In this document: positions 50,539 to 60,788 of the stretch, piece after piece
How the letters are laid out: each line of letters begins with the position of its first letter
Numbering within the stretch: position 1 is the stretch's first letter
Origin: Terriglobia bacterium
Lineage (GTDB): Bacteria > Acidobacteriota > Terriglobia > 20CM-2-55-15
Direction of reading: 5' to 3'
Assembly: GCA_965218585.1 (NCBI GenBank)
Contig: CBDCLE010000003.1
Coordinates: forward strand, 192,001-256,000
Length of the DNA stretch: 64,000 nucleotides
Program-made: the position numbers and the translations under genes
Notes under the pieces: model-generated
Seen by the model: only the letters and a program-made list of their open reading frames with translations
Told to the model about the DNA's origin: nothing
Database searches by the model: none

Positions 50539-50671
50539 GAAACACCTCCATTCTGTCCGAACTTGGGAACCTGACGGGTTCAGTTGAAATCAGCTTCGCT
50601 TTCTCATTTCGATCTTTTTTGTCGTCGTTCGGTTTCTCGTTGGATTGGACTTCAGGAAATGCAGAAGGCGA

Positions 50672-50693
50672 GTCTTAAGAATGTCTTAAGAAT
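50672..50693. repeat. Perfect 11-bp tandem duplication
   Basis: GTCTTAAGAAT x2. Confidence 0.9.
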
Positions 50694-50872
50694 CGTTCAG
50701 AATCGACGGAGTAGGGAAGATGGAAGTGGGGTTGGGTGTATTCGGCAATCGTTCCGGTAACGGCAACTTCCTCCTGCACGCTGAAGGCGGCCGAGCTATG
50801 GTGGGCAGGGGCCCGAGCAGCAAGCAATAGCGAAATTGAGCATGCCAGGATGGATACGCCCATGATTTTCAT
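50675..50872 (-). pseudogene. Truncated DUF6152-like secreted protein
   Basis: Signal peptide then AHHSSAAF....V.VTGTI.EY..PH; degenerates after about 50 aa. Confidence 0.6.
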
Positions 50873-51129
50873 CGTTGTTCTTCTCGATATTTAGCTATGT
50901 CGCGAGCAGCATCATGTAGCGGCCAGGTATTGGGTGACGGTCAGATAAATCTAACTACGGGTTGGAGTTGGAGGCAAAAAAAGTCTCAGATAGCGATGAA
51001 CGCACGTTTGAAGTCGAGAATTTTCGAAGGAGGGGACACAGAACTTGGAGAGTGAATCTCTAACGTTCTGATTCATTGTTCGGTAAACTTGCGGCTGCCG
51101 AACACACTTTGGCCGATCAGGAGGTTGGA

Positions 51130-52296
51130 ATGGCGATCTTGAATAGACGGGGATTCCTTGAGCTGGGTGGCGCGATGACTACTGGACTCGGGCTTGGGGC
51201 CGTGTACCGACCACAGGCCGCCCGCGCACAGGGCGGGGCAGAATCAACTGAAGGGTCGGTCCGGTTGTCTGGTGATGGCGTTGGCCTCAATTCCACTCAG
51301 TACTCCCAGCTCCTCAACCGTCTATCCCAAGAGCGGGAAATTGATCCAGATTCGTACTCGCTGGGTGGTGTCGTCGAAGAGCTGGAGACAGAGTTCGCCC
51401 GTATTCTGGGTAAAGAGCGTGCGATCTTCATGCCGACCGGCACGCTCGCCAACCATATGGGGGTCAGGGCTCTAGCCGAAGGGCCGAGCCGCGTAATCGT
51501 GCAGGCAGAGAGCCACTTTTATCGAGATGAGGGCGACTGTGCACAGACGCTCAGTAACCTTAACCTCATACCCCTTGCTCCCGACCGTGGCACGTTCACG
51601 GCCGATGAAGTTCAGCGCGTGATCGATGAAACCGGGGACGGACGGGTTCAGTCCCGTGTTTCAGTGATCGCCGTTGAGTCGCCTGTCCGCAGGAAGCGGG
51701 GCGAGCGCTTTGACGCCGCAGAGTTGGTCCAGATCGTGAGGATAGCCCGCCGTGAAGGCATCAAGCTCCACCTCGACGGTGCGCGCATGTTTCTACAAGC
51801 GGCATATACCGGTCAGGATGTCGCCGAGATGGCCGAGCCCTTCGACACTGTCTACGTGTCTCTCTACAAGTATTTCAATGCAGCGTCTGGCGCAATCCTC
51901 GCAGGACCAGCCGACCTCTTCGACGGGATGTATCACGAGCGGCGCATGTTTGGTGCGGGTCTCCCCAGAGTCTGGCCTTTTGCGGCCGTAGCGTTGCACT
52001 ACCTGTCCGGTTTCGATGACCGATACAGACGGGCGGTGGAGATTTCCGAAGACCTGATTCGTGGTCTCGACCGACACGAGGCCTTCGCTGTGAACCGCAT
52101 TCCATCCGGTACGAACCTGTTCCGGCTCGAAGTCCGCGGAAGTGACGCTCTCGGATTCCGCAGACGGATGGCGGCCCGGGGTGTCCTGTTATCCACGCCA
52201 CAGGAGGACGTTTTTCTGGTCGGTGTGAATGAGACGCTCAACAACATGACGGCGGCCGAGTTGAGGGATGCGTTCGTTGATGCGATTGATGGCTGA
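51130..52296 (+). CDS. Tat-exported threonine aldolase / beta-eliminating lyase-family PLP enzyme
   Basis: NRRGFL Tat motif; FMPTGTLAN, HLDGAR, VSLYK, GAILAG. Confidence 0.88.
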   Translation: MAILNRRGFLELGGAMTTGLGLGAVYRPQAARAQGGAESTEGSVRLSGDGVGLNSTQYSQLLNRLSQEREIDPDSYSLGGVVEELETEFARILGKERAIFMPTGTLANHMGVRALAEGPSRVIVQAESHFYRDEGDCAQTLSNLNLIPLAPDRGTFTADEVQRVIDETGDGRVQSRVSVIAVESPVRRKRGERFDAAELVQIVRIARREGIKLHLDGARMFLQAAYTGQDVAEMAEPFDTVYVSLYKYFNAASGAILAGPADLFDGMYHERRMFGAGLPRVWPFAAVALHYLSGFDDRYRRAVEISEDLIRGLDRHEAFAVNRIPSGTNLFRLEVRGSDALGFRRRMAARGVLLSTPQEDVFLVGVNETLNNMTAAELRDAFVDAIDG

Positions 52297-52323
52297 TAGC
52301 AGGCTCTGCTAACCTTTAGCCGA

Positions 52324-54534
52324 ATGCGTCTGTTCTACCGGCTCCTGGTTCTGTTCCTTTTCGTTGCCTCTCCGGCGCATGCCCAGGACGTTCCGAACCC
52401 GAACGCCTCGGCGCCGATCGACTATGACACGGCATACCTCGACCGAAACGCGACCGCAGTTCGGATCACAGACGCGATAACGCTCGACGGCCGTCTCGAC
52501 GAGGCGGCCTGGGACATACCGGTCGGCGCGGACGATTTCGTTCAGCGACTACCCGTTGCTGGTGTGGCAGCGTCATTCCGTACCGAAGCCCGCTTTCTCT
52601 ACGACGACGATAATCTCTACGTGGGAGTGGTCGCCTTCGACCCCGATCCCGATCAGGCCACGATCAACGACATCACCGATGATTTCAATTTCAGGGGCTC
52701 CGACGTTGTCACCGTTACGTTGGATACGCTCCGCGACCGTCGTTCCGGATTCTCTTTTGCCGTCAATCCGGGTGGCGGCCGGTCCGATATTCAGATTTTC
52801 AACAACGGTCAGATCAACATCGATTGGGATGGGGTTTGGGACTTTCAGGTGACACGGAACGACGATGGGTGGGTGGTTGAGTATCAAATCCCGTTCAACA
52901 CGTTGCGATTCTCGAATGAGCTAACGCAAGAATGGGGTCTCAACTTGTCGCGGGGTGTTCGCCGCACCAACGAGGAGAGCGACTGGTCGCCCATCCCGCA
53001 ACGTTTTCAAACGACGCGTGTGTCGATTGCGGGGACCTTGAGAGGTATTCGAAACATCGAGCCGGGCCGCAACCTCAAGGTCAAGCCGTTCGCCGTGGCG
53101 GGATTCACCCAGACCCGCTCGGGCTCGGATCGGTTCGGTGACTGGCAGACGGATCAAGATTACGATGGCGGACTGGATGTGAAGTACGGTTTGACTCAGT
53201 CCCTGACGCTGGACGCGACGTACCGGACGGACTTTGCGCAGGTCGAGGTGGATCAACAGCAGGTCAATCTCACCCGGTTCAACCTGTTCTTCCCCGAAAA
53301 GAGAGAGTTCTTTCTCGAAAACGCCGGAACCTTCAGCCTGGGTGCGGGCCAGGGCTTCGCATTTCGATCCGATCTTGTTCCGTTCTTCAGCCGCCGGATC
53401 GGTTTGAGTCCGCAGGGTATCCCGATCCCGATCGTGGGCGGGGCGCGAGTGACGGGCCAGGTCGGCCGATACGATGTCGGAGTTCTGACGATGAAGACCG
53501 AGTCGACAGCGACCATCCCCTCCAACACGTATACGGTGGGGCGCGTGAAACAGAACCTTCTGACGAACTCCTGGGTCGGCGGCATTTTCACCAACCGGGA
53601 CTCGACCCTCGAAGGTGATTACAATCGCCTCTTCGGAGCCGACGCGTTCTTCCAGTTCTCAAACCGGCTCGAGTTTGACGGGTACGTCCTCAAGACAGAA
53701 ACACCAGGTTTGACGGAAAAGGATCAGGCCCGGAGGTTCGCCACCGCATGGCGTGACGAAGAACTGGTCATCGGGGCCAGCTACAGTGATATCCAGACGA
53801 ACTTCAACCCAGAAGTCGGTTTCGTCCGGCGTCCGAACGCGACGAAGTACGCAGGGGAGTTTTCGTTCAATCCGCTTATCGAGAGTAGTCGGTCGATTCG
53901 AAACCTGATTTTTGGGACGATCCTGGAGTACTTCGAAGACGGAACGACCGAACAGGTCGAGACGCGGATCCAGGATCTGAATCTGGGAATTCGCTTTCAG
54001 AACGGTGCCTCGATCAACTATTTGTTGGCCGAGACTTTTGAACGGCTGAACCGCGTTTTTCGAATCCGTCCGGCGGTAGGAATTCCTGCAGGGGACTATA
54101 AATTCCGTAGGCAACGGATCAGTGCGTCGAGCGATGCCACCGAGAAGATCAGTGGAGGCGGCAGTGTTGGATGGGGAAAATTCTGGGACGGCGAGAGCGA
54201 ATCGTTTACGGCCAACTTGAGTGTGAAACCGAACTATCGCCTCAATGTTGATTTGAATTACTCACGGAACCAGGTAGATCTGGTGGGCGGCAGCTTTACG
54301 ACCAACCTGTTGGGTCTGCGTTTCGTTTACGCGTTCAACGCGCGCGCGTTTTTCAACGCCTTCATCCAGTACAACGCCGAGCGGAACGAGGTCAGCTCCA
54401 ACCTCCGCTTCAACATCATTCATCGCCCGTTGAGCGACCTGTTTGTCGTCTACAACGACCGGCGTTCTACGGCCAACGCTCAGGTCGTCGAGCGGGCGTT
54501 GATCGTCAAGTTCACAAACCTCTTTAACTTCTAG
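52324..54534 (+). CDS. CBM9-like plus DUF5916 outer-membrane beta-barrel protein
   Basis: ITLDGRLDEAAW, YDDDNLYVG, WVVEYQIPF, DFAQVEVD, FPEKREFF, FFSRRIG; C-terminal Phe. Confidence 0.85.
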   Translation: MRLFYRLLVLFLFVASPAHAQDVPNPNASAPIDYDTAYLDRNATAVRITDAITLDGRLDEAAWDIPVGADDFVQRLPVAGVAASFRTEARFLYDDDNLYVGVVAFDPDPDQATINDITDDFNFRGSDVVTVTLDTLRDRRSGFSFAVNPGGGRSDIQIFNNGQINIDWDGVWDFQVTRNDDGWVVEYQIPFNTLRFSNELTQEWGLNLSRGVRRTNEESDWSPIPQRFQTTRVSIAGTLRGIRNIEPGRNLKVKPFAVAGFTQTRSGSDRFGDWQTDQDYDGGLDVKYGLTQSLTLDATYRTDFAQVEVDQQQVNLTRFNLFFPEKREFFLENAGTFSLGAGQGFAFRSDLVPFFSRRIGLSPQGIPIPIVGGARVTGQVGRYDVGVLTMKTESTATIPSNTYTVGRVKQNLLTNSWVGGIFTNRDSTLEGDYNRLFGADAFFQFSNRLEFDGYVLKTETPGLTEKDQARRFATAWRDEELVIGASYSDIQTNFNPEVGFVRRPNATKYAGEFSFNPLIESSRSIRNLIFGTILEYFEDGTTEQVETRIQDLNLGIRFQNGASINYLLAETFERLNRVFRIRPAVGIPAGDYKFRRQRISASSDATEKISGGGSVGWGKFWDGESESFTANLSVKPNYRLNVDLNYSRNQVDLVGGSFTTNLLGLRFVYAFNARAFFNAFIQYNAERNEVSSNLRFNIIHRPLSDLFVVYNDRRSTANAQVVERALIVKFTNLFNF

Positions 54535-54580
54535 AAACCCGCCACGATGCGCCGTGGTTCTGAATTTCTTTTGGTCACTT

Positions 54581-56962
54581 TCAGGGGCGCGCGTCCAGAG
54601 CGGCCGTTACACGCTCCGGTGTAAACGGAACCTGGCGGATCCGGGCGCCGGTGGCATCGAAGACTGCGTTTCCGATTGCCGCCGCTACGAGGGTGACGGC
54701 AGTCTCACCCGCCCCCATGGCCTCGCCTTCGGTCTGGTTGATAAGAACTGTTTCAATCTCTGGAACGTCGGGCCCCAGGTACAGTGCCGAATAGGTGCGC
54801 CAGTCGATCGAAGTGACTTTTTCGCTGTCCCAGGTGACCTCTTCCAGCAGTGTCCTGCTGACACCATGAAGTGCACCGCCCTCGAGTTGATTCCTTAAAC
54901 CATCCGGATTCGAAATGGGACCGCAGTCGTTGGCGATTACCATTCGATTTACAGCCACGGCGCCAGTGTCCTGATCCACTTCCACTTCAGCCACCATAGC
55001 GCAGTATCCGTTGTCCCCTTCATAGAACACGCATGAGATGCCCCGACCCGAGGCAACACCGCTTCGGGAAATCCCTGCTTGGGGGGACGGCCTGAACTGC
55101 CATCCGGCGCTATCGGCCGCCGCCCTGACGACTGCAACGAGTCGGGGATCGCCGAGATGGCGCAGACGATACTCGACAGGATCCTGCCGGAGGAAGGTGG
55201 CTATCTCGTCCATGAATGACTCGTGGGCAAACGTGTTCTGCAACCGCTCCGGTGAGCGCAAGGGTCCGGTGAAGAATGGCGACCGCACGACATGCATCAG
55301 AACGCGTTCGCTCGCTATGACACCGGTTCCGCTGCAGCTTCCCTCCACGCAGCCCGTAACGTATGAGGGAGCCTCGTTGCTTCCGTTGTCGAAGCCTGTC
55401 GGATCAGGTGCCGGTGCCCGTGGAACGAATTCTTCGGGCTCGAAACCGGCCAGAAAACCCGTGACGACGTTTCCCGGAGTCCTGTAGCCGGGCCGGAAGC
55501 CCAGAACCGGGGACCAGGATTCATGATCCCAGGCGACGATCGTGCCGTTGGGGTCCAGACCCGCACGCTGGTCGATGACGAACGCGAGGCCGTAGTTTTT
55601 TCCCAGGCCATCTCGTCTTTCCGCGTCAGCTGGACACGGACCGGCCGTCCGACGGCTGCAGACAAGAGTGCGGCGTCGTAAGAAACCGTATCCGCACCAT
55701 TGACTCCATAGCAACCGGAGCCCATTCGAAAGATGATGCGCACATCTTCTGGATCCAGATCCAGAAGCATCGCAACGGTGTTCTTCAGGTGTTCTTCAAG
55801 GGATAAACGGCCTGCGTCGCCGACCATATCGTCGTTCCATCCGCACCGACGTCGGCGAGGGCGCATGAGCTACCGATGGAACCGTGCATCTGATAGGGAT
55901 AGTGATATGTGGCTTCGAGAACGTCCCTTGCCCCGTCGAGACGAGCATCGACGTCCCCGGAATCTACGAGCAACGTGTCGCGGGCGGATGGGTCATTGCG
56001 CAGGTACTCATAGAAACCCTCCTGGCTGGGCAGTCCCGCGCCCAGCGACCAGTCGACGCTCAGCCGGTTGGCCGCGGAAATCGCCTGCCAGGGTTTGTCC
56101 GCAACGATGCCGACGAAGTTACCTCTGACGACCACCTGAACGACGCCTGGCAGATCCCGTATAGATTCCTCGTCCACGCCGACCAGAGTTGCCCCGACAC
56201 GAGGTGGTCTAACCACCTGTCCGTGCAGCATACCTGGCACGCGGACGTTGTGGACGTATTCGAATTGTCCAGTCGCCATTGCTGGGATTTCGAGACGGCG
56301 TATTGGCTGTCCCAGAACCGTCCATTCAACCGGGTCTCTGCGGCTGGCTTCGGGATTCAGGTTCAGACTGAAGGCCCGTCCGCCGACCAGTTCGCCGTAA
56401 CCGATCGATCTAGTTGGGCTGCCTGCAACTCGGACTACGCCTTCGTTGATCTCAAGCTGTTCGACGGCTGCACCCAGTCGCGTCGAAGCCTGTGCCAACA
56501 ATTCCTCGCGAGCCGTCGCGCATGCAAGCGCCAGGTTTTCATGGTTGAAGTTTGCTGGATGAGACTGCGCGCCGGAAGTCGTACCCTGATCCGGTGTACG
56601 TGCTGTGTCGCTTTGGATCAGCGTTACCCGATCAAAGCTGACGCCGAGTTCCTCGGCGATCAACTGTGTCTGTGCCGTGTGGAGTCCCTGTCCCAGTTCG
56701 CACTTACCCGTGTATGCTGTGACGCTATCGTCTGCGCCTATGGCGATCCAAGAATCCAAAACTGGTCGCTGCCCGCTCCGTTAATGCCCTGGGCGGACGC
56801 TGCGGAAGACGACAGGCCCACGCGCGAAGCCAGTCGGGCGACACTGAAGCCGACAATCACTGTGCCGGAGCCTTTGATAAATCCCCTGCGCGATATTCCC
56901 GTCCGTTTGAGTGCCGCAAACGCATCCGGGGTGAGTGCTTTCAATGTTTCTTCAGGCCTCAT
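54581..56962 (-). pseudogene. Tat xanthine-dehydrogenase-family molybdopterin subunit (IorB/nicotinate dehydrogenase B-like) with three frameshifts
   Basis: SRRGFIK; GKCELGQG, GCYG, LRSP, HESFMDE, GAGE, NAVFDATG spread over four ORFs; breaks at about 56760, 55777-55798 and 55600. Confidence 0.85.
55777..55798. repeat. Perfect 11-bp tandem duplication that disrupts the molybdoenzyme gene
   Basis: GGTGTTCTTCA x2. Confidence 0.92.
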
Positions 56963-57443
56963 TGTCCACCCCCTCTGCCACTCCCTCCGCATACCGTTGT
57001 ATGGCCCGCATGATCCGCACGTGTGTGCCGCACCGACACAGGACGCCGGACATCGCCTGGCCTATTTCCCCTGCACCTGCGTTCGGGTTCTGATCCAGGA
57101 AAGCTTTGGCCGTGAGAATGACGCCGTTGATGCAGAACCCACACTGAATGGCCTGTTCGGAGATGAACGATTCTTGAATCGGATGCGGATCCTCGGGAGT
57201 ACCCAGTCCTTCCAGGGTTGTGACTTCAGATCCTTCCACGTTCGCGACGGTCATGACACAAGAACGCCGGACATCCCCGTCTACGATGACCGTGCAAGAC
57301 CCGCACTGGCCCAGGCCGCAGCCGAATTTGGGACCGCGGAGTGCAAGGTCGTCGGTAAGCACGTACAACAGAGGTGTCGCCGGGTCGACATCTACTGTGT
57401 AGTCCCGGCCATTGACACTCAGATCGACGATAGCCATAGCCAC
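56952..57443 (-). CDS. (2Fe-2S)-binding small subunit (IorA/CoxS-like)
   Basis: KFGCGLGQCGSCTV, QCGFC, LCRCG. Confidence 0.93.
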   Translation of the reverse strand: MAMAIVDLSVNGRDYTVDVDPATPLLYVLTDDLALRGPKFGCGLGQCGSCTVIVDGDVRRSCVMTVANVEGSEVTTLEGLGTPEDPHPIQESFISEQAIQCGFCINGVILTAKAFLDQNPNAGAGEIGQAMSGVLCRCGTHVRIMRAIQRYAEGVAEGVDNEA

Positions 57444-57670
57444 TCCTTGGAATGTTCGTTAGAGAGTATAGAAGGTGTGATCGTGCGTCAAAATTTATGG
57501 CTCGGGACAGACCGGCGAGCAGTAGCGGTACAACTTTTCCCTAATTTGCCTGATTCCATTTGGTCCCCTCATCCTGCAGCGATATGATTTCGAAGTTTCA
57601 TCCGACACTACCGGAGGGGCGGTTCGAACTTTCGATGTCATCGTTGTTGTCCCTCATAAGGAGGAATGTC

Positions 57671-59416
57671 ATGGTCAAGGTTTGGAGGATCCAAGCGGTT
57701 ACGGCCGGCATGTTTGTGCTGGCTTTAGGCCAACTCGTATTCGCCCGTCAACAGCCTGCTCCCGTTCCCGAGGTCCTTCGGAACTACGCGTCCGTGACAA
57801 CTGAGCGTCTGGAAAACCCGGAAGACGACGAGTGGCTGATGATTCGGCGCACGTACAACGGTTGGGGATACAGCCCGCTGGACGAAATCAATACAGGCAA
57901 CGTCGAAGGGTTGCGGCCGGTCTGGTCGTTTTCGACCGGTGAGGTCCGAGGACACGAGTCGCCGCCTATCGTCAACAACGGCGTCATGTTTGTCTCGACA
58001 CCCCGAAACCAGGTGATTGCGATCGACGCGGAGACAGGCACACTCCTCTGGCGCCACCGTCGCCCACGGCCCGAAGGTGCCACCGTTCCGCACGAGACAA
58101 ATCGCGGTGTGGCCCTCTACGGCGACAAGGTCTATTTCGCAGCGGGCGAAGCCGTCCTGGTTGCCCTTGACGCTAAGACAGGCCAGGAGGTCTGGTCGGC
58201 TGTGATCGGAGACAACTCGAGCGGTTACTACACGACTCTGGCTCCGCTCATCGCAGACGGCAAGGTCATGGTCGGCGCCTCCGGCGGCGAGCTCGGAATC
58301 CGGGGCTTCGTCGCAGCCTTCGATCCCGATACCGGTGAAGAGTTGTGGCGTACATTTACTATTCCCGCGCCGGGGGAACCCGGTAGCGAGACCTGGCCCG
58401 ACGGTGACCAGTGGAGAACCGGTGGCGGAGCGGTATGGGTAACCGGCAACTACGATCCCGAAACCAATCTGGCTTATTGGGGGACGGGCAATGGCGGCCC
58501 ATGGATGGGGGATCAACGTCCGGGAGACAACCTCTACGCTACCTCGACGATCGCCATCGATGTTGCCACCGGTGAGATCAAAGGCCACTTCCAGTACCAC
58601 CCGAATGACTCTTGGGACTGGGACGAGGTTTCTCCGCCCATCCTTGTGGACTACGAACGGGACGGGGGGACGGTGACGGGTTTGATCGATGTTGCCAGGA
58701 ACGGCTATCTCTGGTTCCTCGAACGGACTGAGGGGCGCATCAACTTCGTCGAAGGCAAACCCTACGTCAATCAGAACGTTTTTCTGAGTCTGGATCCTGA
58801 GACCGGTCGGCCGGAGATCGATCTCACACACAAGCCCGGCACAGGCAAGATGGCCGAGCATTGTCCCTCGCTCTGGGGCGGTAAGAATTGGCCGCCGATC
58901 GCCTTCAGCCCACAGACGCGGATGATCTATATCCCGGCCAACGAAAACCTCTGTGGAACGATGATCGGACGTGAAATCGAGTACATGCCGGGAGGTCGCT
59001 TCACGGGTGCCACCACTGGCTTCTACGTTTTGGACGGTGCCGACCATGTGGGCGAAGTGCAGGCTTGGAACGTCGACACTGGTGAGAGGGTGTGGACGCA
59101 TACGTACGCGAAGTCACCCAACTGGGGGTCGATGCTGGATACGGGCGGTGGTCTGGTCTTCTCAGGTGGAACCAACGACCGTATGTTCCACGCCTTCGAT
59201 GCAGAGAGCGGCGAACTGCTCTGGGAGTTCCCGACCAACTCGGGCATTATTGGTCCGCCGACTTCCTTTGAGATCGCCGGCAAGCAATACATTGCGGTGC
59301 AGTCGGGCTGGGGTGTGGATGCTCGTGGGATGCAGGCCCGCCTGGACCGGGTGTTTCCCGGCGAATATCCGGAGGTGCCCGAAGGTGGTGTCGTATGGGT
59401 GTTTGCCGTCGATTAG
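57671..59416 (+). CDS. PQQ-dependent dehydrogenase, methanol/ethanol family (lanthanide-type D-x-D)
   Basis: Signal peptide; YSPLDEIN..NV..L, repeated ALDA.TG...W units, GGELG, GNGGPW, WDWDE. Confidence 0.92.
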   Translation: MVKVWRIQAVTAGMFVLALGQLVFARQQPAPVPEVLRNYASVTTERLENPEDDEWLMIRRTYNGWGYSPLDEINTGNVEGLRPVWSFSTGEVRGHESPPIVNNGVMFVSTPRNQVIAIDAETGTLLWRHRRPRPEGATVPHETNRGVALYGDKVYFAAGEAVLVALDAKTGQEVWSAVIGDNSSGYYTTLAPLIADGKVMVGASGGELGIRGFVAAFDPDTGEELWRTFTIPAPGEPGSETWPDGDQWRTGGGAVWVTGNYDPETNLAYWGTGNGGPWMGDQRPGDNLYATSTIAIDVATGEIKGHFQYHPNDSWDWDEVSPPILVDYERDGGTVTGLIDVARNGYLWFLERTEGRINFVEGKPYVNQNVFLSLDPETGRPEIDLTHKPGTGKMAEHCPSLWGGKNWPPIAFSPQTRMIYIPANENLCGTMIGREIEYMPGGRFTGATTGFYVLDGADHVGEVQAWNVDTGERVWTHTYAKSPNWGSMLDTGGGLVFSGGTNDRMFHAFDAESGELLWEFPTNSGIIGPPTSFEIAGKQYIAVQSGWGVDARGMQARLDRVFPGEYPEVPEGGVVWVFAVD

Positions 59417-59526
59417 GCTACGGTTGAGTTTTAAAGCTCGGCGATCGGCATCGGCTGGCTGGAGAAGTGTGTGATATAGACTCTTGGCCAGAACAGATCG
59501 AGATCAACGACGTATAGAGGAGTTTA

Positions 59527-60774
59527 ATGTCCACTTCGATCGAAGCTGCCACTCTGAACATTCCCCCGAAGCCCGTCAGTGCTGGAAACGTCGACCTTCG
59601 TGTCGTGTCCGTAGCCGTGACTCTGTTTGCCTTGGGAACAGCTTATCTGCAGGCAACAGTTCACTGGCGCCAGGCCCTGTTGTTTCTTTTGGGCGGAGTG
59701 TTCGGCCTGCTTCTCTACCACGCCGCCTTCGGGTTTACTTCCGCCTGGAGGGTGTTCGTGGCCGACCGTAGGGGGTCGGGCCTCCGCGCTCAAATGCTCC
59801 TGTTGGCGGTGGCCTGTCTCCTCTTCTTCCCGATCCTCGGGTCGAATACGCCGCTCCTGACCGACTCGATCCGGGGCAACGTGAACCCTGCAGGCGTGGC
59901 AGTTATGGTAGGTGCGTTCATGTTCGGCATGGGGATGCAACTCGGTGGAGGCTGCGCCTCGGGGACGCTTTTCGCTGTCGGCGGTGGAAACGCCCGGATG
60001 ATCGTTACGTTGGCCGCGTTCATCCTAGGCTCGGCCATCGGTACGGCTCATGCTCCATGGTGGCAGTCGCTGCCGGCGCTTCCGCCCGTATCGATCGTCA
60101 GTTCCTTCGGAGCGTGGCCGGCGCTGCTGGTGAGCTTCGCGGTGTTTGGCACGATAGTGGGTATCACGGTTGTCGTTGAACGTAGGCACCACGGACGGTT
60201 GGTAGCGTCTCCATCCAGTCCGAGAACCGGCTGGAAACGGGCGCTGCAAGGGCCCTGGCCCATAGTCATCGGCGCCATCGGCCTGGCGCTGGCCAACTTC
60301 GCGACGCTGGCGTTGGCTGGTCGCCCGTGGGGCATCACTTCGGCTTTCGCTCTGTGGGGTGCAAAGGCCGCGTCCGTTGTGGGAGTGGATGTGGGCTCCT
60401 GGGCTTACTGGTCGACACCCGGAAACGCTGCTGCGCTTAGAGCCAGCGTGTTCGAACACGTAACGTCGATCATGGACTTCGGGATCATCCTTGGTGCCCT
60501 CGCAGCTGCGGGGCTAGCGGGGCGGTTCAGCCTGAAGTGGTCGATTTCGAACCGTTCACTGGCGGCTGCGGTGTTTGGCGGGCTTCTGCTGGGCTATGGT
60601 GCCCGGTTGGCTTACGGCTGCAACATTGGCGCCTATTTCAGCGGCGTAGCTTCCGGCAGCCTCCACGGATGGCTCTGGCTTGTCGCCGCGTTCCTCGGCA
60701 GTATGCTGGGCGTTCGTCTGCGGCCGATGTGTGATATGCCGGTCGAGAAGACGCCTCTGTCCGGAGCCCGCTGA
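59527..60774 (+). CDS. YeeE/YedE-family sulfur-compound transporter
   Basis: Multiple TM segments; GMQLGGGCASG, PWGIT, GARLAYGCNIG. Confidence 0.9.
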   Translation: MSTSIEAATLNIPPKPVSAGNVDLRVVSVAVTLFALGTAYLQATVHWRQALLFLLGGVFGLLLYHAAFGFTSAWRVFVADRRGSGLRAQMLLLAVACLLFFPILGSNTPLLTDSIRGNVNPAGVAVMVGAFMFGMGMQLGGGCASGTLFAVGGGNARMIVTLAAFILGSAIGTAHAPWWQSLPALPPVSIVSSFGAWPALLVSFAVFGTIVGITVVVERRHHGRLVASPSSPRTGWKRALQGPWPIVIGAIGLALANFATLALAGRPWGITSAFALWGAKAASVVGVDVGSWAYWSTPGNAAALRASVFEHVTSIMDFGIILGALAAAGLAGRFSLKWSISNRSLAAAVFGGLLLGYGARLAYGCNIGAYFSGVASGSLHGWLWLVAAFLGSMLGVRLRPMCDMPVEKTPLSGAR

Positions 60775-60788
60775 AACGAGGGATCGGG

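Noticed and set aside
57725-59101. Long antisense ORFs (also 632-1696, 13053-14183, 25135-26016, 46636-47724, 55884-57587)
   Set aside because: These are shadows of well-supported genes on the opposite strand, expected in GC-rich DNA, and have no motifs.
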